DNA from: an uncultured Gammaproteobacteria bacterium
GTDB lineage: Bacteria; Pseudomonadota; Gammaproteobacteria; Steroidobacterales; Steroidobacteraceae
Assembly (NCBI GenBank): GCA_963787655.1
Contig: CAWBDY010000005.1
Span: 505,495 to 569,494, forward strand
Direction: 5' to 3'
DNA: 64,000 bases
The position numbers and the translations under genes are program-made. Of this stretch, positions 1 to 10,392 are shown piece after piece (the stretch's first letter is position 1; each line of letters begins with the position of its first letter). The notes beneath the pieces are model-generated. The model saw nothing but the letters and a program-made list of their open reading frames with translations. It did not search any database and was not told where the DNA came from.

Positions 1-587
1 GAGCTACATCGAGGCTCAATGCCGGCTGCGCGGCATCGCGAACGTGCAGGTGCATGACCGCGCGACGTCAACCGTCTGGAGCTGCCGGCCGCGCGAATTC
101 GATCGCTGCGTGTCCGATCGAGATGTTCGAGCACATGCGCAACTACGAGCAGCTGCTGGCGCGCATCGCCGGCTGGCTGCAGGCCGCAGGGCAAGCTCTT
201 CGTGCACATCTTCGCGCACCGTACGCTGCTCTATCCGTTCGAGACCGCAGGGGCAGGACAACTGGCTCGGTCGGCACTTCTTCACCGGCGGTCTGATGCC
301 CGCGATCGACACGCTGCTGTGGTTCCAGCGGCAAGCTGCGGCTGCGAGGAGCGCTGGCTGCATCGACGGCACGCACTACCAGCGCACCGCCGAGCACTGG
401 CTCGAGAACCAGGATGCAGGTAGCGCGCGCCGTCCTGCCCGTGCTGGCGCAGTGCTATGGTCGCGAGAACGCGCAGCTGTGGTTCCAGCGCTGGCGCATG
501 TTCTGGATGGCGTGCGCGGAGCTGTTCGGCTATGGCAGCGGCGGCGAGTGGCTGGTGGCACACTACCGCTTCGTGCGGGGTGAATGA
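1..587 (+). pseudogene. Cfa-like SAM-dependent methyltransferase, 3' part, multiply frameshifted; 5' end lies outside the window
   Basis: Family motifs are scattered over all three + frames: SIEMFEHMRNYEQLLARIAGWLQ (ORF 54..296), LFVHIFAHRTLLYPFET (ORF 202..423), DNWLGRHFFTGGLMPAIDTLLWFQR and IDGTHYQRTAEHWLENQDA (ORF 44..583). The C-terminus VLPVLAQCYGRENAQLWFQRWRMFWMACAELFGYGSGGEWLVAHYRFVRGE ends at TGA 585-587. Confidence 0.75.
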
Positions 588-590
588 TCT

Positions 591-971
591 ATGCAAGCGG
601 CCTATCTGTATTTCAACGCGCTGCTGTATGTCGTCTTTGCAGCGTGGTGCACGCTCGCGCCGCACAATACGGCGCAGAACATCGGCTACACGACGCTCAC
701 CGCCGGCGGCCGCTCCGAGTATCTGGTCGTCTACGGCGGGCTGCAGGCCGGCCTAGCCGTGATCTTCTTCCTGTTGGCACGGCAGCCGGAGCGGCAGCCT
801 CTGGGCATGGTGCTGGCGGTGGCGCTGTATGCACCGCTGGTGCTCTACCGCCTCACGACCGTGGCGCGCTTCTGGCCGGTCGGTACCGTTACACTTGCCA
901 CTGCCGCCCTCGAACTCTGCCTGCTGGTCATCGCCTGCGCCATTTTGCTCATGTCACGGGCGCGCGCCTGA
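591..971 (+). CDS. DUF4345-like small integral membrane protein (about 4 TM helices)
   Basis: Intact 126-aa ORF that starts 4 nt after the methyltransferase stop. It is hydrophobic throughout and carries an SEYLVVYGGLQAGLAV motif resembling DUF4345. Confidence 0.7.
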   Translation: MQAAYLYFNALLYVVFAAWCTLAPHNTAQNIGYTTLTAGGRSEYLVVYGGLQAGLAVIFFLLARQPERQPLGMVLAVALYAPLVLYRLTTVARFWPVGTVTLATAALELCLLVIACAILLMSRARA

Positions 972-978
972 GGCGGCC

Positions 979-2535
979 ATGATCGAACCGGAGCGCATCA
1001 GCGCTCTCAACCCGGCGCCCGAGCAGCCCGGCGACTACGTGCTGTACTGGATGCAGCAGTCGCAGCGCGCCGTGCACAACCCGGCGCTCGAGGTCGCGGT
1101 CGCGGCGGCCAACCGTCTGCGGCTGCCGCTGCTGGTGGCATTCGCGCTGACCGACGCGCTGCCAGCCGCCAACGCACGCCATTACGCCTTCATGTTGCAG
1201 GGATTGGCCGAGACCGCGCGGCAGCTGCGCGAGCGTGGCATCGCCTTCGTCATGCGCCGCGGCGCTCCGCCGCAAGTGATACTGCAGCTGGTCACGCGCG
1301 CGGCATTGCTGGTGTGCGACCAGGGGTACCTGCGCCGCCAGAAACAGTGGCGGGCGCACGTGGCCGTTCATGCCGGGCGGCGCGTGCTTGCGGTCGAGGG
1401 CGACGTGGTCGTGCCGGCGACGCTGGCCTCACCCAAACGGGAGATCGGCGCGCGCACGTTGCGCTCCAAGCTGCAGCCCCTGCGCGAGCGCTTCGTGGTC
1501 GCCTTGCGCCGCCAGCCGCTGCGGGTATCGGCCGAGCGTCTGCGCGTTCAGGGTGATGCGGATGCGGAGGAGGGAGCGCAGCTCCTGGCGCGCCTGCGGA
1601 TCAATCGCGCGGTGGCGCCGGTCGACAAGTTCTTCCGCGGCGGGCATTCGCAGGCGCGCGCTCGACTGCGGGCCTTCGTTACGCAGCGCCTGCCGCGCTA
1701 TGTGGCGGCGCGCGTCGAGCTCGGCGCGCCGCACGTGTCGACGCTGTCGCCGTATCTGCATTTCGGCCAGATCTCGCCGGTCGAGATCGCACTGGCAGTG
1801 CGCGAGGCGCAGGCGCCGGCCGCCGATCGCGCCACTTTTCTGGAGGAGCTGATCGTGCGGCGCGAGCTCGCCGTGAACTTCGTCAACACGACCAGCGACT
1901 ATGCTAAGTACCAGTCGCTGCCCGACTGGGCGCGCCATTCGCTGGCCTTGCACGCCCGCGATCCACGTGAACACTGCTATTCCTACGAGGAGCTCGCCGC
2001 GGCGCGCACCCACGATCCCTACTGGAATGCCGCCATGCAGGAGATGCTCACGACCGGCTTCATGCACAACCACATGCGCATGTACTGGGGCAAGAAGGTT
2101 CTGCAGTGGTCGGCCGCCCCCGAAGAGGGCTACGCGCAGCTGTTACGGCTCAACAACACCTACTTTCTCGACGGCCGCGATGCCAGCTCGTTCGCCAACG
2201 TCGGCTGCGTATTCGGACTGCACGACGGCCGGGCCGGAACGGGCGGTGTTCGGCAACGGCGCTACATGAACGCGGCGGGCCTGCGCCGCAAGACCGATAT
2301 CGAAGCCTACGTCAGCGCGCAAGCGTGGCCAACCGATCAGACGCCGACGCTGCGTGCCGGTACCAGCGTGATCGGCAGCGGCTCGTGCGGCATGCCGCCG
2401 ATGCTCACCGCGGTACGCGAAGTGAAGTTGAAGGTCATGAGCGCGACCAGCATCGAGGCGATCTCGGCGGCCGAGAATTCGCGCCGCAGCCGCGCGGCCA
2501 GTTGCTGCGCAACGGCGACCGGATACCCCAGGTAG
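979..2535 (+). CDS. phr: Deoxyribodipyrimidine photolyase, class II type; 3' end uncertain
   Basis: ATG at 979 inside ORF 829..2535. Motifs seen: YVLYWMQQSQRAVHNPAL, LSPYLHFGQISP, MHNHMRMYWGKKVLQW, RYMNAAGLRRK. The ORF runs about 200 nt into the convergent gene 2337..2864, so the true stop may be earlier or in another frame. A local compensated frame excursion lies at 2221-2268. Confidence 0.85.
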   Translation: MIEPERISALNPAPEQPGDYVLYWMQQSQRAVHNPALEVAVAAANRLRLPLLVAFALTDALPAANARHYAFMLQGLAETARQLRERGIAFVMRRGAPPQVILQLVTRAALLVCDQGYLRRQKQWRAHVAVHAGRRVLAVEGDVVVPATLASPKREIGARTLRSKLQPLRERFVVALRRQPLRVSAERLRVQGDADAEEGAQLLARLRINRAVAPVDKFFRGGHSQARARLRAFVTQRLPRYVAARVELGAPHVSTLSPYLHFGQISPVEIALAVREAQAPAADRATFLEELIVRRELAVNFVNTTSDYAKYQSLPDWARHSLALHARDPREHCYSYEELAAARTHDPYWNAAMQEMLTTGFMHNHMRMYWGKKVLQWSAAPEEGYAQLLRLNNTYFLDGRDASSFANVGCVFGLHDGRAGTGGVRQRRYMNAAGLRRKTDIEAYVSAQAWPTDQTPTLRAGTSVIGSGSCGMPPMLTAVREVKLKVMSATSIEAISAAENSRRSRAASCCATATGYPR

Positions 2536-2864
2536 CAGTCAGCCAGTGCGATGGCGAGTTTCTCGCGCTCGCTGAGGGCGCTGTCACGATAACCGTCGTC
2601 GATCATTTGCGCGCGCGTCTCGCTCAGGCCGTCCTGACGGGCGACTTCATAACGCACCGACTTGCAGAACACGCAATTGACCGTGCGTGCGTTGCGCAGG
2701 CGGATGATCTCCAGCAGGCTGGGCGCAACGAGGCTTGCGCGCCACACCGCGTCGTTCAGCGCGACGATCTCGTCCACGGTCTCAGGCACGGTGCCGAGCG
2801 CGCTGTCGCGGATCGGGTTGCCGCTGTGTGTCCCGGACGGTGCCGCGCGCGCCTTAGTCGACAC
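2337..2864 (-). CDS. Carboxymuconolactone decarboxylase (AhpD-like) family protein
   Basis: 175-aa ORF with GTG start. It has a CxxC-type motif (NCVFC) in a helical CMD-like context (EIIRLRNARTVNCVFCKSVR). Confidence 0.7.
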   Translation of the reverse strand: MSTKARAAPSGTHSGNPIRDSALGTVPETVDEIVALNDAVWRASLVAPSLLEIIRLRNARTVNCVFCKSVRYEVARQDGLSETRAQMIDDGYRDSALSEREKLAIALADCYLGYPVAVAQQLAARLRREFSAAEIASMLVALMTFNFTSRTAVSIGGMPHEPLPITLVPARSVGV

Positions 2865-3355
2865 CGGCGGGCTCCGCGGTTAAAGGCGCCGCCCGCAGCC
2901 AGATCACGCAGGCAGCGCGCCGTGCGGATGCGGCCGTCCAGGCAGCCGAGCGCCTCGATCAGAAATACCAGCCCGGGCTCACCGAGCGCGTCCCGCACGC
3001 GCGCGGCCTGTGCATCGCTGATCGACTGCGCATCGAGCGCGTAACTCTCGGTGAATTCGAGCAGCGCTTTTTCCGCCGCCGAGAAGCCGTCGCTCTTGTG
3101 AGCATCCCCTGCCTGGACCGCGGCGCGGCGTGCTGCCGCTGCCCCGGCTGGCACAAACGGATTGACCGCTTCGAGTTCCGCCTGATCCCTATGCAGGCGC
3201 GCCAGCGTCAGACGACACAGCTCCAGCAGTTCCGGCGCGAGGTAGGGCTGCGACCAGAGGCTGCGCCACAGCCGCGCGAAGCTGGCAGCCGCCGCGCCCG
3301 CGGGCGCGAGCTGTTCGTCCAGGGTGAGGCTGGTCACGGCGCTCGCCGTTGGCAT
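2756..3355 (-). CDS. CMD/AhpD-like family protein; 3' end uncertain
   Basis: ATG at 3355 is preceded by AAGGAGA. A CMD-like helical repeat is present (PELLELCRLTLARLH, AEKALLEFTESYAL). The listed frame overlaps gene 2337..2864 by about 109 nt. An alternative frame ends ...APLTAEPAGVD-TAA, overlapping the GTG start of the next gene, which suggests a possible frameshift near 2880. Confidence 0.6.
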   Translation of the reverse strand: MPTASAVTSLTLDEQLAPAGAAAASFARLWRSLWSQPYLAPELLELCRLTLARLHRDQAELEAVNPFVPAGAAAARRAAVQAGDAHKSDGFSAAEKALLEFTESYALDAQSISDAQAARVRDALGEPGLVFLIEALGCLDGRIRTARCLRDLAAGGAFNRGARRCRLRRARHRPGHTAATRSATARSAPCLRPWTRSSR

Positions 3356-3370
3356 GGGGCTTAAGTCTCC

Positions 3371-3388
3371 TTGCTGCAAGTGTAGCAA
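3371..3388. promoter_or_regulatory. Imperfect inverted repeat TTGCTGC-AAGT-GTAGCAA in a divergent intergenic region
   Basis: Read directly from the sequence. It has 7-nt arms with one mismatch and lies between the CMD operon and the CDGSH gene. Confidence 0.2.
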
Positions 3389-3481
3389 TTGCCCCTGCGG
3401 TTGCCGCGCATCCCCATCTTGTGGCGCACGCGCGGCTGGTTCAACCTAGTGCTCCAGGATCCGCCGGCACAGGAGAGGGGC

Positions 3482-4171
3482 ATGTCCAAGGGTGAAGCAA
3501 AGGTGGTCGTCGCCAAGAATGGCCCGTACCTGGTTTCGGGCGCGGTGCCGCTGGCCAGGCAGACCATCGTCGCGGACCGCGAGGGCAACTCCGAGGCATG
3601 GCGCGAGAGCGATGCGTTCCCGGCGCAGGACAGCTACGCGCTGTGTCGCTGTGGCCACTCCAAGACCAAGCCGTTCTGCGACGGCACGCACAAGAGCGTC
3701 AAGTTCGATGGTACCGAGAGCGCCAGTCGTGTCCCGTATCGCGAGCAGGCGCAGCTCATCGAGGGGCCGGGCGCATCCCTTACCGACGCGGAGTCACTGT
3801 GCGCATTCGCGCGCTTCTGCGATCCGCACGGCCAGGTGTGGAACCAGGTCGCGCGCACCGACGAGCGCGAGGTGCACACGACGTTCGTGCGCCAGGTGAA
3901 CAACTGCCCCTCGGGGCGCCTCGTGGCCTGGGACAACGCCAGCGGCAAGCCCATCGAGAACGCGCTGCCGGTGTCGATCGGCGTGATCGAAGACCCGCCC
4001 GAAGGGGTGAGCGGACCTTTGTGGCTGCGCGGCGGCATCCCGGTGATCGCGGCGGACGGCTTCACCTACGAGGTGCGCAATCGCGTGACACTGTGCCGCT
4101 GCGGCGCTTCGAAGAACAAACCGTTCTGCGACGGTTCGCACGCTGCGATCAAATTCCACGACAACAAGTAA
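3482..4171 (+). CDS. CDGSH-type iron-sulfur domain protein (two CDGSH motifs)
   Basis: Start MSKGE is preceded by GGAGAGGGG. Two motifs are present: CRCGHSKTKPFCDGTH and CRCGASKNKPFCDGSH. Confidence 0.85.
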   Translation: MSKGEAKVVVAKNGPYLVSGAVPLARQTIVADREGNSEAWRESDAFPAQDSYALCRCGHSKTKPFCDGTHKSVKFDGTESASRVPYREQAQLIEGPGASLTDAESLCAFARFCDPHGQVWNQVARTDEREVHTTFVRQVNNCPSGRLVAWDNASGKPIENALPVSIGVIEDPPEGVSGPLWLRGGIPVIAADGFTYEVRNRVTLCRCGASKNKPFCDGSHAAIKFHDNK

Positions 4172-4206
4172 ACGGCGAGGCGATACCGCCGCGCCGGAGT
4201 GCGGTC

Positions 4207-5854
4207 ATGAGCATCTACGACGAAGATCTGGGCAAGAACCCGGCGAACTACGTGCCGCTCTCGCCGGTGAGTTTCGTGGAGCGCAGTGCGGAAGTTTACG
4301 CCGACCTGCCGGCCGTGGTGCACGGCGGCCGCCGCTACAGCTGGCGTGAGACGCGCGAGCGCGCGGCGCGCCTGGCGGCAGCGCTGCGCGCCCTGGGCGT
4401 GCAGCGCGGCACCACGGTCAGCGTCATGCTGCCCAACGTGCCGGAGATGGTGGAGGCCCACTACGCCGTGCCGGCACTCAATGCGGTACTGCATGCGCTC
4501 AACATCCGCCTCGACGCAGCGCTGCTGGCCTGGCAGCTGCAGCACTGCGAGGTAGCGGTGCTGATCACCGACCGCGAGTTTGCACCCGTGATGGCAGAGG
4601 TGCTGCGCATCCTGCGCAGCGAGTACGGACGCACACCGCACGTCATCGACGTGTGCGACAGCGAGTACCGCGGGGCAGGCGAGCGGCTCGGCGCCGAGGA
4701 GTACGAGGCGCTCTTGGCCGCGCATGCGCCGCTCACGCCGCTGCCGGGGCCGCAGGATGAGTGGGACGCAATCGCCGTGTCCTATACCTCGGGCACGACC
4801 GGCAACCCCAAGGGAGTCGTCACGCACCACCGCGGCGCCTATCTCAACGCGGTGGCCAACGCCGTCACCTGGAGCATGCCGCACTTTCCGAAGTACCTGT
4901 GGACACTGCCGATGTTCCACTGCAACGGCTGGTGCTTCCCCTGGACCGTGGCAATGCTCGGCGGCACGCAACGTGTGCCTGCGCAAGGTCGAGCTCGGCG
5001 CCATCTTCGAGGCGATGCGCACGCACGGCGTGGATCATTACTGCGCCGCACCCATCGTGCACAGCCTCCTGGTCAACGCCGATGCCGCGCAGCGCGCCGG
5101 CATCACGCAGCGCGTGCGCGGCATGGTGGCCGGCGCAGCCCCGCCTGCGGCCATGATCGAAGGCATGGCGCGGATCGGCTTCGAACTCACCCATGCCTAC
5201 GGCCTCACCGAGACTTACGGGCCGGCTGCGGCTGCGGCCAAGCGCGCCCACTGGGCCGACGAGACCCTGGCGGCGCAGACGCGGCTCAACGGCCGCCAGG
5301 GCGTGCGCTACGAGCTGCAGGAGAGCATGACGGTGCTCGAGCCTGCGACGATGACGCAGGTGCCGGCCAACGGCGAGGTGCTGGGCGAGCTCATGTTTCG
5401 CGGCAACATCGTGATGAAGGGGTATCTGAAGAACGCCAAGGCGACCCTGCAGGCATTCGCGGGCGGCTGGTTCCATACCGGTGACCTGGCGGTGCTCGAG
5501 CCGGACCACTACGCGAAGATCAAGGATCGCAGCAAGGACGTGATCATCTCGGGCGGCGAGAACGTGAGCTCCCTGGAAGTGGAGGACGCGCTCTACCGCC
5601 ATCCGGCGGTGCTGGCCTGCGCGGTCGTGGCGCGGCCGGATCCGAAGTGGGGCGAGACACCACTCGCCTACGTGGAGCTCAAGCCCGGTGCGGCTGCCAC
5701 GGCCGCGGACCTGATCGCGCATTGCCGCAGTCTGCTGGCGGGCTTCAAGGTACCGCGCGAGGTGCGCTTCGAGGAGATCCCCAAGACCGCCACGGGCAAG
5801 ATCCAGAAATTCATGCTGCGCGAACGGGCCCGCTCCGTCAGCGCCATCGAGTGA
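4207..5854 (+). pseudogene. AMP-dependent acyl-CoA synthetase/ligase, one frameshift near 4969
   Basis: The N-terminal half lies in ORF 3598..5484 (MSIYDEDLGKNPANYVPLSP..., YTSGTTGNPKGV, PMFHCNGWCFPW). The C-terminal half lies in ORF 4724..5854 (NVCLRKVE..., GWFHTGD, SKDVIISGGENVSS, PKTATGKIQK). The junction reads GGC GGC ACG-C-AAC GTG. Confidence 0.85.
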
Positions 5855-5875
5855 GACACGCCGCGCCGCGCGCTG

Positions 5876-7105
5876 TCAGGACGCAGCTGCTGTGCCGATG
5901 CCGTCGGCAAACGGCCGCGCGAGATCCATGCGCGCCGTGACCTGCGGCATCGGATACTTGAGTCCGCTCGCGCAGTTGAACAGCACGACCCGCTCCTGCG
6001 GTGCGATGCGGCCGCTGCGCGCCGCAGCGAGGAAGGCGGCGTAGGTTGCGGCGCCTTCCGGACTGAGCAGCAGACCGTCGCGGCAGCCGACGTGCGCACG
6101 GGCCGCCTCGATGGCCTCGTCCGTCACGGCGATGGCAAACCCACCGCTGTCGCGCAAGGCCTTGAGAATGATGAAGTCGCCCAGCGCTGCCGGCACGCGG
6201 ATTCCTGCCGCCACGGTGTGCGCGTCCTGCCAGGGGGCAGCGATGCTGGCGCCGGCGTCGAAGGCGCGCACGATCGGCGCGCAGCCGCTGGCCTGCACGG
6301 CAACCAGACGCGGCAGCGGTCCTGCGATCCAGCCGAGCTGCACCAGCTCCTGCCACGCCTTCCACATGCCGATGAGCCCCGTGCCGCCGCCGGTGGGATA
6401 GAAGACAACTTCAGGCAGGCGCCAGTCGAACTGCACCGCGAGCTCCAGCCCCATCGTCTTCTTACCCTCGATGCGATAGGGCTCCTTGAGCGTCGACATG
6501 TCGAACCAGCCGAACTGCTCCTTGCCCGCCGCCACCAGGCGTGCGCAATCGTTGATAAGCCCGTTGACCCGCCAGACGGTCGCGCCCTGCAGCGCGATCT
6601 CGCTGAGATTGATCTCCGGGGTGTCATCGGGACAGAAGCAGAACGCCTGCATGCCGGCCCGCGCCGCATACGCCGCCATCGCAGCCCCGGCGTTACCGTT
6701 GGTGGGGATGGCGGCGCGCTGCACGCCGTGCAGGTGGGCCATCGACACCGCCAGGCACAGGCCACGCGCCTTGAACGAGCCGGTGGGCAGGCGCCCCTCG
6801 TCTTTGACCAAGGGTGCTGCGAAACCTGCCGGCCGTTCGCTGTTGGCAAGGGGCAGCAGCGGTGTCTCGACTTCGCCGAGGCTTAGCGCGGCGGCCGCGC
6901 TCGGCAGCGGCAGCAGCTCGTGCCAGCGCCACATGCCCGGCGGCCGCGCCTCGACGGCAGTACGCGGCAGCTGCGCTTTGAGCGCCGCAAGATCGTAACG
7001 TGCCAACAGCGGTTTGCCGGCCTGCGACAGTCCCTGCAGCTGCGTGATGTCGTAGCGCTGCCCCGTCAGGCTGCATTCGAGGTGCGTCGCATAGGAATAG
7101 CGCAC
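5876..7105 (-). CDS. Threonine-synthase-like PLP-dependent enzyme (fold type II)
   Basis: GTG at 7105 is preceded by GAGGGGGAG. Motifs seen: TGSFKARG (PLP lysine), PTNGNAGAA, PTGGGTGLIG. Length is about 409 aa. Confidence 0.75.
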   Translation of the reverse strand: MRYSYATHLECSLTGQRYDITQLQGLSQAGKPLLARYDLAALKAQLPRTAVEARPPGMWRWHELLPLPSAAAALSLGEVETPLLPLANSERPAGFAAPLVKDEGRLPTGSFKARGLCLAVSMAHLHGVQRAAIPTNGNAGAAMAAYAARAGMQAFCFCPDDTPEINLSEIALQGATVWRVNGLINDCARLVAAGKEQFGWFDMSTLKEPYRIEGKKTMGLELAVQFDWRLPEVVFYPTGGGTGLIGMWKAWQELVQLGWIAGPLPRLVAVQASGCAPIVRAFDAGASIAAPWQDAHTVAAGIRVPAALGDFIILKALRDSGGFAIAVTDEAIEAARAHVGCRDGLLLSPEGAATYAAFLAAARSGRIAPQERVVLFNCASGLKYPMPQVTARMDLARPFADGIGTAAAS

Positions 7106-7154
7106 GGAAAGCTCCCCCTCGGCCGGCAAACGCTCGCGTATGGTAAAAGAGGCG

Positions 7155-8468
7155 ATGACGCACGTGCCGCGCCAGGAAGCAGAGCTGGTCCGGGCCATCG
7201 GCCGCTGGAGCATGGTAGCACTGGCGGTAAACCTCATTCTCGGCAGCGCCATCTTCGGCTTGCCGTCAACGCTTGCGGCGCTCATCGGCACCGCCAGCCC
7301 GCTCGCCGTGCTGATTGCCGGCGCGGGCAGCGGCGTCATCGTGGCCTGTTATGCGGAGGTCGCCTCGCAGTTCACCGAAACCGGCGGCACGTATCTGTAC
7401 ATGCGGCGCGCATTCGGGCGGCTGGCGGGGCTTGAGGTATCGTGGATGGCGCTGCTCGCCCGTCTCACCGCCTGCGCCGCCTCGCTGAATCTGCTGGTCG
7501 CTTATCTCGGCGAATTCTGGCCCGGTGTGACCGACACCGTGCCGCGCCTGATCCTCATTACGCTGTTCATCGGCACGCTGGCGGCCGTGAACTACTTTGG
7601 CGTGAGCGGCGGGGCGCGCATGAGCAACATCGCGGCGACCGCAAAAATCGGCGCGCTCGGGCTGGTCTGCGTGGTCGGGCTCGGCTGGCTCGCATTCCAT
7701 CCGGCGGTGCACACGCAGGCGGCAACGGTCAGCGATCCGGATGGCTGGCTGAAGGCGATGTTGCTGCTGCTGTTTGCCTATGGCGGCGCTGAGTCGGCGC
7801 TGATCCCGATGGGCGAGGCGCGCAACCCGCGCGGTGACGTGGTGTTTGCGCTCTTTATGGCGCTGCTCATCATCACCGCGCTCTACAGCAGCGTGCAATT
7901 CATCGTCATGGGCATGCTTGCAGATCCCGCGCACAGCCAGCGGCCGCTGGCTGACGTGGCGCGCCTGGTCCTGGGACGGCCCGGCGCGGTGCTCATCTCG
8001 CTCGCGGCGGTGCTCTCGGTGTACGGATTTCTCACGGCCAATCTGCTCACCGTACCGCGCGGCATGTTCGCGCTCGCCGAGCGTGGCGACTTTCCCGCGC
8101 CACTGGGCGCAATCCATCCGCGCTGGCGCACGCCGTACGTATCGATCCTGCTGTTTGCCGGGTGCCTGTGGCTGTTCGCGCTGTTCGCAAACTTCTCCTG
8201 GAATGTCACCCTGTCAGCGGTCGCCCGCATCCTCTACTACGGGGGCGTGTGTGCGGCGGTGCCGGTGCTGCGCCGCCTGCAACCGGGCGCTGGCACCTTC
8301 CGGCTGCCGGGCGGTGCGCTGTTTCCGATCCTCGGCATCGCCATCTGCGTCTTGCTGCTGACGCGTGTCGACTTCAGCAAGTCCGTCATCCTGCTGATCA
8401 CGATTCTCATCGCGCTCGGCAACTGGCTCGTCGTGCGAGACAGAGGCATCGCACCGGCCAGTGCGTGA
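7155..8468 (+). CDS. APC-family amino acid permease
   Basis: About 12 TM helices with the typical N-terminal AIGRWSMVALAVNLILGSAIFGLPS. ATG at 7155 is preceded by AAGAGG; the alternative start at 7140 is less likely. Confidence 0.8.
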   Translation: MTHVPRQEAELVRAIGRWSMVALAVNLILGSAIFGLPSTLAALIGTASPLAVLIAGAGSGVIVACYAEVASQFTETGGTYLYMRRAFGRLAGLEVSWMALLARLTACAASLNLLVAYLGEFWPGVTDTVPRLILITLFIGTLAAVNYFGVSGGARMSNIAATAKIGALGLVCVVGLGWLAFHPAVHTQAATVSDPDGWLKAMLLLLFAYGGAESALIPMGEARNPRGDVVFALFMALLIITALYSSVQFIVMGMLADPAHSQRPLADVARLVLGRPGAVLISLAAVLSVYGFLTANLLTVPRGMFALAERGDFPAPLGAIHPRWRTPYVSILLFAGCLWLFALFANFSWNVTLSAVARILYYGGVCAAVPVLRRLQPGAGTFRLPGGALFPILGIAICVLLLTRVDFSKSVILLITILIALGNWLVVRDRGIAPASA

Positions 8469-8733
8469 CGGCGGACGCGCGGCCCGGGGGCGAGCGGTGC
8501 GAACACTCTTCTCGGCGTCCAGTCCGAGCTGCAGCTGGCGGATGGTTGTCGACGGGGCGGGCGGTCACCCTGGCGCTATACGCTGTCGTGGATCTGCCCG
8601 AGATGTCCCCTTTGGAGCGGGCGCCGTTCGCACCCGTCGGCCGGCAGCGTCGGTGGCGGGTCGCGTCGGTGCGGCGTGACGCGTGCAGGCGCGCGGTCGG
8701 GACTATAATGCGCGCCAGCCCACGACCATCGCA

Positions 8734-8748
8734 TGGCACGTGGCTTGC
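8734..8748 (+). promoter_or_regulatory. Sigma-54 (-24/-12) type promoter TGGCAC-GTGGC-TTGC
   Basis: Exact TGGCAC-N5-TTGC about 60 nt upstream of the GTG start of the aldehyde dehydrogenase, in a 340-bp intergenic region. Confidence 0.55.
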
Positions 8749-8808
8749 GGAATTTGCCTAGCGCGGCGCGCCGCCGCCGGATTGCTCGCGGCAAGTGAGG
8801 AACCAAAA

Positions 8809-10338
<1,530 letters not shown>

Positions 10339-10342
10339 CCGC

Positions 10343-10379
10343 GTCTCCCGCCCGGCGCATTGCGCGCCGGGCGGGAGAC
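10343..10379 (+). other. Intercistronic stem-loop (16-bp perfect stem)
   Basis: GTCTCCCGCCCGGCGC-attgc-GCGCCGGGCGGGAGAC, read directly, between the aldehyde dehydrogenase stop and the DUF779 start. No T-tract follows. Confidence 0.6.
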
Positions 10380-10392
10380 GGTTGGCGAAGGC

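Noticed and set aside
775-789. TGGCAC-N5 sequence resembling a sigma-54 -24 element.
   Set aside because: It lies inside the DUF4345 coding region, and the -12 position reads CCGG rather than TTGC.
3438-3457. GGTTCAACC...CCA string reminiscent of a tRNA T-loop and 3' end.
   Set aside because: Flanking bases cannot form T-stem or acceptor-stem pairings, and there is no cloverleaf.
3598-4206. 5' extension of the acyl-CoA synthetase ORF (track start 3598) overlapping the CDGSH gene. Similar long upstream extensions occur at 829, 3389, 8683, 16880, 45758 and 57233.
   Set aside because: The extensions are low-complexity and overlap well-supported genes in another frame. Internal starts with SD-like sequences give family-typical N-termini.
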